NCBI GenBank assembly: GCA_030390025.1
Contig: CM059431.1
Location: 114,640,001 to 114,704,000 of the forward strand
Source: Squalus acanthias
Taxonomy: Eukaryota
Reading direction: 5' to 3'
Length of the DNA: 64,000 nucleotides
In this document: piece after piece, positions 1-12,769 of the stretch
How positions within the stretch are numbered: the first letter of the stretch is position 1
How the letters are laid out: each line of letters starts with the position of its first letter
The notes under the pieces: generated by a model
Seen by the model: only the letters and a program-made list of their open reading frames with translations
The model's database searches: none
Told to the model about the DNA's origin: nothing
Program-made: the position numbers and the translations under genes

Positions 1-600
1 ACATATTGCACCACACTCGCTCACACACTTCTCTTTCTCTTGCAGGCCAAGGTCACGCATCATCAGAGAGAGCAGCGGCAGACAGGCGGGGAGCAAGCTT
101 TCATCCATGACCTCAGCCAGCTGGAGGAGAGAGTGCTGGAGATCATTGGGCAACAGATAATGGAGGCCATGGCAACTGGCGAGGTTGAAGCCCATGGGGA
201 CAACAATGGTATGCTCATTCCTAAACCTTCTTCTCACATCCCACTTCCCCCTCATCCCACAATCTCTTCTCACTTTCAAGGTGCTGATACTATATGCATG
301 CATATCTTGCTTCCAAGCGCCCCCACCTCCCCACCCACACCCCCTCCCTTCGTAATCCAACTCTTGTACCTTTCTGCTTTCAGCTAATCAAGACCAGGCA
401 CCCAAGCAGCCTCTCCCTGAGGCGATGCAGGAGAGCGAGGGGGGAGAAGAAGAAAAAGAAGAGACAGCATCACTGCATCTGTCACCCGCAGACGCCAGCT
501 CAGAAACTGGCACTGCGCATACTTTAGAGGCTAGAGAGCGTGGTATTGTAGCACAAGACTACGGCAATTCCAGTAAGCAGCTTAGTACAGGTAAAGGTAA
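1..600 (+). mobile_element. Decayed PIF/Harbinger Myb/SANT-like (ORF2) gene fragment, spliced, truncated by window start
   Basis: Acceptor ctcttgcag at 45, then AKVTHHQREQRQTGG...LSQLEERVLEII (post-Myb helix of Harbinger Myb proteins); donor at 209, acceptor at 383; 455-533 is homologous to 36421-36440+39644-39702. Confidence 0.65.
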
Positions 601-1229
601 TTGTTAATATTTGAGTCACACAATTCTGTGAAGGGCATATATTATCAATAAAACTACAGCTTCTCAGCCACAGTGGACAAAGACTGTTTATGGGAAGTGT
701 TCTGAATCCATGGAGAGGTTCCATAAAATACACAAGGTTGTAACAGTACAGTAACTTTGTTAGAACAGTGAAGCAGATCAGAAAGTTACTAGTTCTAATG
801 CTTCAAATCTGCAGCAGTATTTCTGCGCCAAATACTAAGTATAGCAGGATTGTAATCATTTTCTGACCTCATGGAATCCTGTTTGGTTTGGTGACATGTG
901 TTTTTCTGATCTTATGCTTTATGAATTGTACTGCATCACGCCAGTTATACCCTGCAATAATCAGGCAACAAGGCAATAGCCAAGTACTTCAGTTAGCTTA
1001 AGGCAATGGTTCAAGAGTGTAAGCATAGAGTTAAGAACGTGTATTTTTTTAACTTATGAAATGGAAATTATAATATAATATAGGAATCTGTCAGGAATTA
1101 AAACTGGTCACTGCAATCCCTGTGATCAAATCTTCTTTACAGCTTTCAAACTGCTCACATAATTACCTCAGAAAATGTTGGAAACACTGAGCCATTCAGG
1201 CAGCATCTGTGGAGAGACAAACAGTTAAT

Positions 1230-2002
1230 GGCCCCGATCTTGACTGGGGCAGGTTTTCCGAGCTGGTGAGGGGTGGGGGGAGGAGTTGTGGTTGGAAACT
1301 CAGAAGTCCAGGTTTCCCCACATGTGGTGGAGTTTTGACTCCACAGTGTGCGTCTTTTTTTTCCAGCAGGTTCCCCACCCGGAAGCCTGTCTGACAGGAT
1401 TGGCTCCCTGTCAGGGCCAGGAACGCGCTGGAGCAGGCCGCAGCCCAGGAGCAGGTAGGGATCTTGCAGCTGAGTTAGTGGTAGCGTGGGGGGTCTGAAT
1501 CTTGGGGGGAGGGGCTCCGATCTTGGGTGGCTCCAATCCTGGGGGGTCTCCGATCTTGCTGGGGGTGGGTCTGATCCGGGGGGTCCAATCGAGGAGGGTG
1601 TGTTCAGCGATCCTGGAAGGGGGGTGGGGGTCGACATTCCTGGAGGGGGGATGTAGGTAAGCTTGCTTGGTGGGCCGGGGGGAAGCACTCCTGCTCCTCT
1701 TGGCCCACAAGCAGTACTGAAAAAGTACTTACCTCTTCCATGCAGCAGTCCTCACCTCCCTTTAGCTGCCGGGTTTCCTGAGGCCCAGGAAACCCGGCCG
1801 GCCAGGGTTAAACCTGGAAGACAAAGTCAGAGGCACGCAGCCTTATTATAATACTTAAATGACCAACCCACCTCCCGGGAGTGGGTTGGTTGCCCCCTCT
1901 CCCCCCATCAAGACTGGAAGTGGGTGGGTTCGAGGCGAGTTGGGTTCGGGTTTGAGTTTTTTTTAAATTTCACAGCCCACTCGAACCAAACCCACCTGTT
2001 TT

Positions 2003-2037
<35 letters not shown>

Positions 2038-2048
2038 AAATTCCCCTC
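1230..2048. mobile_element. Harbinger-type MITE (family A)
   Basis: Ends ggccccgatctt / aaaattcccctc, 3-bp TSD AAT (1227-1229, 2049-2051); right half similar to 29020-29318; G-rich degenerate internal repeats. Confidence 0.75.
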
Positions 2049-2067
2049 AATATTTCAGCTCCATGAA

Positions 2068-2100
2068 AGTTTTGATGAAAGGTCATCGACCTGAAACGTT
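2068..2100 (+). ncRNA. Degenerate minimal hammerhead ribozyme motif (C3 mutated, interrupted at cleavage site)
   Basis: agtt-TTGATGA-a-aggtc-atc-gacct-GAAA-cg-tt, with stem I partner aact displaced to 3887-3890. Confidence 0.5.
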
Positions 2101-3883
2101 GGCTGCGATTTCACCAGCCATGGCGAGTCCGGTGCAGCTGGAGCAGACATCGGCCTCAAAACCCACTCCGTCTTCATCCTGCCTCCTTAAGTGATTTTGC
2201 CCTGATTGGGCTTGTTAAGTCCGCCGTGCGAGGTTCCCAGCCAATTAAAAAGAAGCGGGTCTGACGACGTCATTTGATGACGCGTCATCAGCCGGTTTCC
2301 TTAAAGGGACCATGTTCACATGCATTTTGACATTTGTGCTGTCAGTGTTCTACAGCATTGAGATGCTGCAAACACTGACAAGCACTGCACAGAGGTGCAC
2401 GGCTGCACCCAGGATCTGCCATGACTCCCTCCATTTGTTTATGGAGGGAGTCACAGCACGCAGGGAGGTTCTCTTCCCTTCCCATGGGCGGAAGAGACCT
2501 CCCCAGGACACCAACTCAGCCTGGTTACACATTGCACAGGAGGGCACAAGCAGGGATGTCGTCAGGCGGACTAGGGTGCAGTGGTGCAAACCTTTCAATG
2601 ATCTCAGTAGATCACAAAACGTTACTGCAAAGCCACACTCAACCTCATGCTCCTGTGCCTCTCATTACATCCCCATCACTCTGCCTTCCCTATCCTACTC
2701 CTGCACATCCTTACTCACACCAACTTACCTTGCACCTCCACCCATCCCTCTCTATCTACATTATCACTTCCCCATCTCACTAGCCACCCCTCATACTCAC
2801 CCTCATCCTACTGCAATCATTCAAACTAACAACACACAAGGGTAGGCACTTGTGTGCTTTAGCCAATGTTCCTGTGAAGTTTCTGTTAATGTGTTGTCAA
2901 GCATTGAAATCCTTATTTTCACAACTTTGTCTTCTTGGACAGATTTGTGTGCAGCTTTGAAAGTGTGTTAGTGAGTTCCAGTGAATGGTGAGACATAACG
3001 TTCTCCACCCCCACCCCACCCCAATGGTGATGAGTGTGAAAGGAATGGCTTGGAGATTGCAGGGATGCTTTATGGTGCTGGTGTGGGGTGGTGCCAACCT
3101 GGCGCATCATGTGACAGCCAGGGTGTACAGTGTTAAGTGAAGTAAATCTGGACATGGTGAGGCCATCGCTGGCATCCCAGGCAGCAATGTGCACGGGTGA
3201 TGATGCCCTGTGTCCTGTGCAGCATCAGTTGATGGCGGAGAAGGTTAGTGTAGATGTTGTTGCTGTTGGTGTGCCCGGTGATGCTGGTGTTGGGGCTGAT
3301 CGTGTTGGGATTCTGAGGACTAAGGTGAGATATTTTATGGGGCACCAATGTTGATGGAATAGATAGCAGGTGAGGTTGAGATGACAGAAGCGATCTGTCA
3401 TTGGTGAGAGAGGTTGTTCCAAAGAGGTGACACTGGATAGAGAGTTTGCTCCAAACACTTGCAAGCTACATAAACCTCAATCTGTCTTCCAAATGCAGTA
3501 AGCAACAGCTTCTAACCTTGGAAAGTGAAGATCTATGAAATGGGAGCTTTCATAGAAAATTTGCAGCTGTCAGGTCAGTAAATCATTCCATGCTGACACA
3601 ACACCCGACCTCCTTACCTGACGTGATCCCCACACATCCGGGAAACTCGTGGAAAACCTGGTAAAATGGTAAGTACATGGTAAAATGGTGCTTAACTACC
3701 TTTAATAAGCTTTTAAGTATCTAAGTTGGCTGACCCGCCGCTTGGTGTCGGGTCTGTTCAGGGATGACAGACCCAACACTTGGGAAACTGACAAGGAGGC
3801 GGGTTTACAGCGGGACACCGGCCCGCTGTCAATCTTTGTGATTGACAGTGGACCCGCCTCCGAACGCCGGCAAAATTCTGGCC
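2101..3883 (+). mobile_element. Internally deleted Harbinger transposon with Myb/SANT remnant (+) and HARBI1 C-terminal remnant (-)
   Basis: TIR-like ends ggctgcgattt / aaattctggcc, TSD GTT/ATT; 2390-2615 encodes APRICHDSLHLFMEGVTARREVLFP...AWLHIAQE...VQWCKPFNDL (Myb_DNA-bind_5-like). Confidence 0.75.
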
Positions 3884-5082
3884 ATTAACTCTGTTTCGCT
3901 CCTCACAGATGCTGCCTGACCTGCTGAGGTGTTTGCAGAATTTTATATTTTGGTTTCAGATTTGCAGCATCTGCAGTATTTTAGTTTTGTCGTATATTGT
4001 CTCTTTCACTTGCCTTTCTTCTCTCTGGAATTCTGCCATTAACACTTATAAAGAAGAGCACAGCATTTTTTTAGACTTTCTTGTGAATGGATGTTAGTTA
4101 GTTGGGAAGTGAAATACATTCTAATTCCAGGGATCCATTGTCAACGTCAAACACTATTGGGTGAGGTAAAGCTCTGCTAGATGCAGGATAAAACTTTTTT
4201 TTTAATTCTCCTTCCTCAATGTAATTCAGCTCCTGTCTCAGAAGAGCATCCCTACTAATGATCCGGTGTGACACTTTTTTCCCCCTATTTCCCACATCAG
4301 CTTCTTTGAGTAAAATTTGGGGACAGTTTTTCGCTGTTGCTCCATGCCCACTAGGACCTAGATTGGGACAACCCAAACTAATTTCACATGGGAAACGTAC
4401 AGCCAACAGAGAGAGGAGACTAACTATATCTGAACCTGGGCCTAATTGGTGAAACACCAGTGTCTAATTCACTGTACTAGTATAGTTATTTCTATTGATT
4501 ACGGCTGTAATGCTGATCTTCACAAGTGTTCTCAACAATGGTCCATTTACTAAAGTAAAAACAGTAAGTAGATTAAAAGATGTCGGGGTATTGCAGCTTC
4601 CTAGTTTTTTTTTAAAAAGAGTCCATGATATGCATGACTGGGGAAGCAACACAACCCCAAAATTAACAACAGCTTCCATGACTAAGCCAAATGTCCTTGG
4701 AATCAGAGAATGGTCCTTCTTGGGAATCCTGATGGGTTGAACTTGGGTTTTGGAAAGTCCAATGCATCAGGGAAACCAAAAGTTTCATGCTGGAGTTAGT
4801 TTCAATTAAATCCTGTTAACCCAGAACTTCAGCTGAATTCCGAGGGAGAGACAGTAATGTTTTGCCAGACAGTCTACCCGAGCCTGAACAAAGCAATCTG
4901 AGCCGCAAACCTCACTACCACCAGCAGCAACATTGTGCCAGGATGGATCAACAGGAGATACGTTTGTGACAGGATTATATTGTTCGAACCAACGAGCATC
5001 CAATAAACTGGGACAACTCACTTTTAATAGTCTCGGGAAGATTTGAGTGGCGAGCAGCCCTGGAACTCAAACCTGAAATCAT

Positions 5083-5270
5083 GGGGGCAAGTTTAAACTA
5101 AACCGCCTGGCGAGAAATCAGCAGGATCAGGTGGAATGCTGGCTTTACATCCCGCCCAATATTACACAATGTTGACGTCAATGGAGAGCAAAATCATGCG
5201 GGGTGTAAAACCAGCGTTGCACCTAATCCCGTCAGTTTCCCGACTGGCAGGTTAGTTTAAAATAGCCTCC
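5083..5270. mobile_element. Short fold-back MITE
   Basis: gggggcaagtttaaactaa ... ttagtttaaaatagcctcc; near-palindromic around ttgacgtcaa; TSD CAT (5080-5082, 5271-5273). Confidence 0.7.
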
Positions 5271-7046
5271 CATCTTTTTAGAAGGCAGTTGTCCTGCCAT
5301 CTATAAGACTAGATCACTCCTTCACTACATCTTTAATACTGAATACTGTGAAGTGGTGGGAGAAGTAGAGTGAATCATTCTGTGTAATGTTCTCCAAATC
5401 ACAGTGTTATCTGAATAAAGATTAGTTGTAATTTTGTTGGGTCTTTTTCTGGTGCAGAAACTCTATGGTGGCCCTTCAAAGCATCAATAAATGATGAACA
5501 CAGCCACAATTAAAAGAATCCGGTCATATTTTACTGCATCATTTATTCTTAGTGATAATGCTAAATTTAGAAAGTAGAGCCAAGTTTCAGCAGCTGCACA
5601 AAATGAACATTTATATCAGCCTTTTTAAAAAAAAAGTAAATAAAAGATTGATGCGAAATACTAAAATATTATTATACTTTCTCACGTCATGGACTCCACT
5701 TTTACTTTGCTTGGTAATATTCTAAATCGTGATGCTTCAGATCTTTTTCTTTTGAGCTGTTGAGAGATAAACACCACACTACATATCAGAGAGCTTTAAA
5801 TTGTGTCGAACATTGATAAACTAATGCAATTACTAGCAAGGTCATAGAGTCAGCTAATTTAGAAATATCAGTACATGGGTTTGGAGTAGGACCCGAGGGA
5901 ATAGCAGTCACTTTATTACAGCAGTGGGGTCAGGAGAAAATGGTACATTAGGATTGATCTTTTGATCTAATTGTGAAACCCTGCCATGCCTTTCTGGCCA
6001 AAAGTGCTTAGCAAGCAGGATAAATCACAGCCCAAACTAATTGAGCTACATCCTCACTGACCAATAGCATTGTGGGTAACAGAGCGCAAAGTGCATTTTG
6101 TGTCGACATATGTGGTTTCACTTGCTTGTGGGATGTAACTTTTATTGGACATGTACAAGCAGAACAAATCACCCAATATTTTTAAATTATATCAGGAAAC
6201 CACTTATTATATAAAAAATGCCTCTTGCCATCTTAAGGGAAGTAATTAATGCTTTTGATTTAATTTAAATGACTTTAGTGTACAATTACAGTATCTGTGG
6301 CAGTAGATGCGCATGTGCTATGACAGAATGAAACTCGGGGAGACTAGCATGACTTCCACTCGTGGATGTAACACGGCAATCAGTTACTTAACCCCCAATG
6401 TCATTCACCAAATCATTTTTGTGGTGACTGCAAGTAAAAGTCAACAAAATTAAACGTAAAATGAAGTAGTGCATTTCACATTTTTTTTTAAATAGATGAA
6501 AAGTTTAAGAGTTTTAGCAAGCAAAAGTGAGTAGTCCTTCCCCTTCCTTGCGGTACAGCCCTTTTTCCAGTACCCAAGCAGAGTGGACTCCTTTCATAAG
6601 CAGGAGGTTCAAACAGAGACAGGAGCACTTATAAACAAAAATCGCCGACAATGGAATTTGCTGCACTACTATTTACTAAGAATAGCAATACCTGTGAGGG
6701 AATTAAAAGGCTTTGATCCTATCAGATGACGCAAACTATGAACGCAAGGGTTGAGTGGTTTCTGAACATATCTGAACCTTGGCATTGACTAACCTTTTAA
6801 CTTTCTGCCATTTGTTATTTATCCTTTTTTTTTACAAAATATACAATGTATTTTTTTTTAATTTACATCTTAACCTCGTTAATAGGTTGTATTGGTTTTT
6901 GTAACCAGCCTGGCTACACAGTCCGTGGTTTAAGTTGGTCTGCATTGAGAGCAGCTACAGGCACTGGTACGGCAGGCTTACCAGATGCATTCCCTGATGG
7001 CTGGCCAATGGTGAAGGGAGAAGATGCACTGCCCGGCGTCTAACTG

Positions 7047-7508
7047 AGTGTCAGCTGTGGCTCAGTGGGTAGCACACTCACCTCTGAGTCAAGAAGGTTG
7101 TGGGTTCAAATCCCACTCCAGGGACTTGAGCACATAAAGCTAGGCTGACACACCAGTGCAGTGCTGAGGGAGTGCTACACTGTCAGAGATGCCGTCTTTC
7201 GGATGAGATGTTAAACCGAGGCCCCGTCTACTCACTCCGGTGGACATAAAAGATCCCATGGCACTAGTTCGAAGAAGTGCAGGGGAATTATCCTCGGTGT
7301 CCTGGCCAATATTTATCCCTCAACCAACATAACAAAGAAACAGATTATCTGGTCATTGCTGTTTGTGGGAGCTTGCTGTGTGCAAATTGGCTGCCGCGTT
7401 TCTCACATTACAACAGTGACTCCACTTCAAAAGTACTTAATTGACTGTAAAGCGCTTTGAGACATTCGGTGGTCGTGAAAGGCGCTATATAAATGTAAGT
7501 CTTTCTTT
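7047..7508 (+). mobile_element. Full-length tRNA-derived DeuSINE (SacSINE1-like)
   Basis: A box tggctcagtggg, B box ggttcaaatcc, Deu-domain gccgtctttcggatgagatgttaaaccgagg...gatcccatggcac, tail aaagcgctttgag...tatataaatg (cttt)n. Confidence 0.85.
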
Positions 7509-7954
7509 GAGGCACACAGAAAAAGAAGATCTCCTGTGCTCTGTTGGTTGATTGTAATCACAGTAGAGGCACTACAATTGGCCTCAATGAAGAGAAATCA
7601 TCCACAGTTCCCACTGTTATCTGGTGTTCTCTGCTGAATAGTGCAGACATCAGGATTGGGCTCAGCAGTGGTGCCTCCTTTTAGGGTGAATTAGGCCGCT
7701 GGTACTCACGGTCTATGCTCACATATGAAGACTGACCACTTACAAGGGGACAGGAGGACAACCAGTGCATATCAAACAAAGCCCTGGCATGAGTCAGCAC
7801 TTTCAGGAGAGGAAAGGAAAAAAACCGGAGGGAGGATAAAATCAATTCTTTTGGATAATAAAGTGCAAGATGTCTATTAGAAGGCAGTAATACACATTTA
7901 ACGTCTCCATTTGGAGCAGCAGAATGGTATAGTCTAGGAGCGCACTCCTGTCGA

Positions 7955-8404
7955 CAGAAAGAACAGGCATTTATATAGCGTCCTTTATGGCGACAGGATA
8001 TTCTGAAGTGCTTCACAGCCAATTGGTTACTTTTGAAATGTAGTCACTCTTGTATCAGGTAAACACAGCAGCTAATTCATGCACAGCAAGATCTCACGAA
8101 TAGCAAATAAGATAAATGACCAGTTAATCTGTTTTGGCTGAGGGACAAATGTTCGCCAGGACAATAGGAGAGCTCGCCAGCTCTTCTTCCAATAGCCCCA
8201 CGTGTTCTTTTCCTCTCACCTGAACAGACAGGCATGGCCTCAGTTTAGTATCTCATCCAAAAGATGGCAAATCCAAAATACAGCATTCCCTCAGTGCAGC
8301 ACTAAAGTGTAAGCTTGGCTCGGCACTCAAGTCCCGGAGTGGGGCATAAGCCATGATCTGTTGACTCAGAGGTGAGAGTACTCCCACTGAGCCAAACTGA
8401 CACT
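7955..8404 (-). mobile_element. Diverged DeuSINE (SacSINE1-like)
   Basis: Reverse-complement similarity to 7047-7508 across head (gactcagaggtgagagtactcccactgagcca) and tail. Confidence 0.75.
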
Positions 8405-8694
8405 GAGTATGTTTTATTCTTTGTAACACGTCCAGAAACAACATTAGTTACTGGAGGAAGAAATGCAGGGAATGGAGTAGACGCGACAAAATTGTGTGAA
8501 GTTTATGACTCAGACTAAAGTGGCACGATACTAGCTGATTCAAATTGAAGTGACATGCTGCTGTACCACTTTGTGTCAGGTAGTGTTACTGCACACTTAC
8601 CAGTCAATGCCATATGTTACCACCAGCAGATAATTGCCTACTTACTGAACAGAGAGTAGCCATAAGTGGAAACTTTTCAGGCTAGAAAGAGGTT

Positions 8695-9420
8695 ATGAGT
8701 AGGACATTCCTGGGGTCAGTTTTGGGATCCTTGCTATTTTCAATATATAATTCATGACTTGGACTGTTATACAGTAAGGAAAACCTCCAACTTTGCAGAT
8801 GATAGCGAATAGAATATAAGAAGCAAATAATAAAGAATAATACAACTCGATCCAGATGGGCTTACATCTTTTTGTTAACTGGGTCAATAGACAGTCAGTA
8901 CATTTAAATGTAGATAAGTGTAAAATAATTAGCATGGGAGACAAAATAGTGTTGCAACATTCTGATTAGGAAAGAAATCCAAGAGTTGTCGTGGGGGGGA
9001 AATGAAGCCGTGAATATGCTGCTTAACTGCAGTAATTCCTGATAGTTTATTCCACAGCTCTATTACCCTTTGAGTGAAAATACTCCACCTGTTAGTCACT
9101 TTTTACCTTGAACGTCCTAATTTTCAAATTGTGTTCTCTAGTATTTGAATCCATAATCAGTGAATAATTGGCCTTGATCAACGATATCAATTCCCTTCCT
9201 AAGCTTGGCATCTTCAATTAAATCACTTTGGAGTACTGTCTTTTCCGAAGAAACTCAAATTCCTGACATTCAAAATGTTCTTTGTTGCTTGCCTATGTAC
9301 CTTTTAAAAGCAATAATATCCTTCCAATGATTAGGTGACTAGAATTGCACACAGTATTACATCTGTGTTCCAGCCATAATCTTATACAACAACAATACAA
9401 CCCTTTTAGATTTATTTTCC
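8695..9420. mobile_element. Highly decayed CR1-like LINE fragments (both orientations)
   Basis: + strand GSVLGSLLF/FADD-like residue at 8712-8803; - strand CR1 3' motifs such as gactagaattgcacacagtatt. Confidence 0.45.
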
Positions 9421-9491
9421 AGTCTACTATTAATGTAGCCTTGTACCTGATTTGACTATTGTTTTGCAGCTAAGCCTGTGATTATTTATTG

Positions 9492-9612
9492 AAGAAAGAA
9501 AGAAAGAAAGGCTTGCATTTATATAGCGCCTTACATGACCATGGACGTCCCAAAGCGCTTTACAGCCAATTAAGTACTTTTTGAAGTGTAGTCACTGTTG
9601 TAATGTAGGAAA
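9492..9612 (-). mobile_element. DeuSINE 3' fragment
   Basis: (aaag)n then ttgcatttatatagcgcc...aaagcgctttacagccaat...gtcactgttgtaatgtaggaaa. Confidence 0.8.
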
Positions 9613-10798
9613 TTGTTGGAAAAAATTCAAATATACCATGAACAGATAATTTATATTCCCTCCATCGATATTGATGTACGTGGGAAACAAGTTCTATTTT
9701 GGCTCAATACACTTGATAATGTCTATTTGTAGGATTTTTAAGATGGCTGTCAGTTTTCCTCTGGAGAGAGACAAGTGGCATCTCAAATGAATCAATAAGA
9801 AGTATTACAGCGCCCTCTGTGCTTGCAATAGCACTCATTAAAGGTAAATTAAGCTTTTTTTACATTTTAATTAATACCAGCATTATTTAATTATAACATC
9901 ATATTATAAATAGAATTTATTATAGAGAGCAGTGAAATTTATTCCCACTCAGGAGACAAAAGCAAAGTCACTCGTAGAACTAAAAGCCATATTTCAGTGA
10001 CCCTACACAAACAACTCATGTGAATAGGATAACGATCATTTCTACTTTAGTACTTTCTTGTTTACAGTGCATAACATTCACAGAGATATAATAAACACCC
10101 GGCACTTTTTTTCACAAGCCTTTGCTTTTGAAAGGGGAAAAAAAGACAGTAGAAATTAATATTTCATTGCAAATGTACCTTGGGAAGCAGTGAGGCTGGC
10201 AGATTTCTGAAAACCCATATGAAGCAACAAAAAAAACAGAACAACCAAGTATATGAGGCCTTCACAGAGATTTGTTTGTATGGCAAATTTGCAAATATAA
10301 TGAGGCTCTGCCGAAATCAACAGCAACTGCGAGGGGAGGGGGTGTAATTTTCAGAATATGTGTTTGAGGCAGGGCACCTTCCCCACAGCCAAATCATATC
10401 AGAAAATTGTGGCCATGCGCAAATATACATTGGTGGTAGTTGAGGTTCCCGGCAATCAGTGCGTACTTGGAAAATTACCCCCAGCATGTCTGCCTCTGTT
10501 ATTCTTTATAAGGTGCTTCCAATCTCAGCTACTTTGTTACTGGGAGGTAACGAGTGGAAGCCAAAAGTTTCCCTACAGAGAGAATATCAGAGGTAGACAG
10601 AGTCACCCAAAGTTGCTCGCATGGATCTCCGACAAGTGCCTTTGTAAGAACATTAGCAAATGCCTAGGAGCAGGTTACTCCCCTCTTAGAAGAAGAATGT
10701 GCAGGAGCAAAACATCTTTAGAAGCTGGTGAAAAGGTTTCAAAAAGATTGTTTTGAGTCAGTCTTTGTCCCAGGTAGTGCCAACAGCAAGAAGTCTTA

Positions 10799-11531
10799 GC
10801 GGGGAAAATTCGGTATCAACCATTTTGGGGCGCTAACATCAGCAAATTAGCGCCGGCGACTGCAAAATTCGTCTCCAGCGCCCCTGGAGGTGATTGGAGC
10901 GCTAAATCAAGTGCTACACACTTCCCTTAGGGCGCTAACGTCGGGGAACGGGGCACTACCTCAGAGCGCTACTCAAGCTCAGGTGATGTCAATTACCTTG
11001 TACTCAGACAGACTGGCGCCTTCCAGTTCTTAAAAGGGGAGGGTCCATCATGCTGCACAGCCACACCCTGATCATTGCTGCTTTTGACCTGGGCCTGCAA
11101 GGAGGTGCAATTCTTCAACCAGGAATATCATGGCTGCTCAGAGGCCCAGGGAGAGAGCTCGCCGGTTCAGCGACCAGGCATTGGAGGCTCTGGTTGTGGC
11201 TGTGGAAAAAACAGGACGTGCACGCCTTTAAATAGCGCTCCCACAGCTCCCAGCCGACTGCAAACCGTCCCCCTCTACTTGTCGTTCCTAGCGGCAGGCG
11301 CTGAGGCAGGGGGCGAGAATCAATTTCCGGTCCGGGGCCCTACTGGGGCGATACGCGCTTGGATGACGTCACGATCTCCAGGTGCAGGAGATTGTGGCAG
11401 TAGTGTTTAGCGCCACCGCAAACTGCCAGTTGAATTTCGCGGGCAGTGCTAAAATCGCCGCGCACAGGTGGTAAGTCGTTAGCGCCCTGGGAAACACTAA
11501 CGGGAGGGGCTAACCAACAGAATTTTCCCCC
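10799..11531. mobile_element. Harbinger-type MITE (family B)
   Basis: TIR ggggaaaattc / gaattttcccc; many agcgc/gcgct subterminal repeats; both ends align with 19363-20254. Confidence 0.8.
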
Positions 11532-12555
11532 TAATGCTTTACTTTTACGTTCCTTTTCAATTAAAAATTTTTGTGCATTTTTTGCTTACTAAGGTGAGAG
11601 ATGTCAGTGTTCGGTAATGGGACAGACATTCCACTTTTTGCACCCAGTGTTAACATCAAATCCTCCTAGGCCAGATGAACCAGAGATTAGAGGCAGAGCC
11701 AAACCTACATTGCCCCAACTATGCACCTTAATTCTATTTACAGAAACATACCCTCTACTGCTCCAGTGTGACGGCTCTGCCTCCAACACCAGCCATACTT
11801 TGTGACCTTTACGAGTAAGATTGTTAATCTAGTACAAGTTTGTGCCAAATTATGGGCACTTTTTGTGCAATATTTGTGCAATATTTATCCCTATGTGTGT
11901 GTCTCGTGCTCCCTGTAAGTGTGGCTGCTTTGCTGGGAACACAGGATTGCGGAATTCCCCAATTTCCAATCAGATAGCACAAAAAGTTTGAAGCGTTGAA
12001 GCAGTAAAGTTTTTGGTCTTCATTTAATTGGTTTTGTTTATTTTCCAAACTCTTGATGTGGTGATAAAATTTGCTTTGGATTGCTTTATTGCGCCACAAA
12101 AAATCATTGCGCTGTTTGAATGTGACATTGTCACAGTGAACATGACATGGATACTTCTGGCTTCTTCCCTTTCCCTAGCAACAAATGCAATGCATCTTTA
12201 AAAAGAAACACTGGCCTGATAAATTGTTCCCATGTAAGTAGACAGTTCCATGTGCTAATCAAGATCTGCTCCTTCAGCTCATAGCACTTAGCAACTCAGC
12301 GAATAAGAGGAGTAAACCTTGCACCAGATAAGTCAATGTTAACATTACTTGCAATTTAATTTGAGGGTGAGAGCAAAAAGCACTAAACTCAGACTCATAT
12401 GTGTTGAGAAATATGCATTATCCATAAAGCATTTCGTAAAGCATCAATGATAAACGTAATAGAGCCAACAATCCGCAGGCGGACACAGCCTGGCATCAAT
12501 GCCAGGATGTACCCGTTCAAGGCTTCCACCATTGACTGCTGACAAAGTTCACAGG

Positions 12556-12769
12556 CCATGATGCGGAGATGCCGGTGTTGGACTGGGGTGGACAAAAGTG
12601 AGAAGTCGCACAACACCAGGTTATAGTCCAACAGCTTTATTTGAAATCACGAGCTTTCGGAGCGGCTGCTCCTTCGTCAGGTCACCTGACGAAGGAGCGG
12701 CCGCTCCGAAAGCTTGTGATTTCAAATAAAGCTGTTGGACTATAACCTGGTGTTGTGCGACTTCTCACT
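12556..12769. mobile_element. Miniature inverted Penelope-terminus insertion with 12-bp TSD
   Basis: TSD aaagttcacagg at 12544-12555 and 12770-12781; 173-bp palindrome 12597-12769; arm also present at 60359-60443 next to a Penelope GIY-YIG fragment. Confidence 0.85.
12682..12719 (+). ncRNA. Minimal type I hammerhead ribozyme motif (PLE type)
   Basis: tcac-CTGACGA-a-ggagc(ggcc)gctcc-GAAA-gc-TT-gtga: intact core, stem I tcac/gtga, palindromic stem III; mirror copy on - strand 12647-12684. Confidence 0.7.

Larger units (their letters stand above)
1170..3985. mobile_element. Fold-back (inverted) Penelope-terminus element, split by two later Harbinger-family insertions
   Basis: Left arm caggcagcatctgtggagagacaaacagttaat (1197-1229)+atttcag (2052); right arm tgatgaaaggtcatcgacctgaaacgtt (2073-2100)+aactctgtttcgctcctcacagatgctgcctg (3887-3918) is its reverse complement. 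Confidence 0.7.

Noticed and set aside
7047..7125. tRNA gene (also 17024 and 45560-45634)
   Set aside because: A/B boxes are SINE heads continuing into SINE bodies; no complete cloverleaf
12597..12769. miRNA precursor
   Set aside because: Near-perfect stem with TSD and Penelope homology indicates TE origin; no expression evidence
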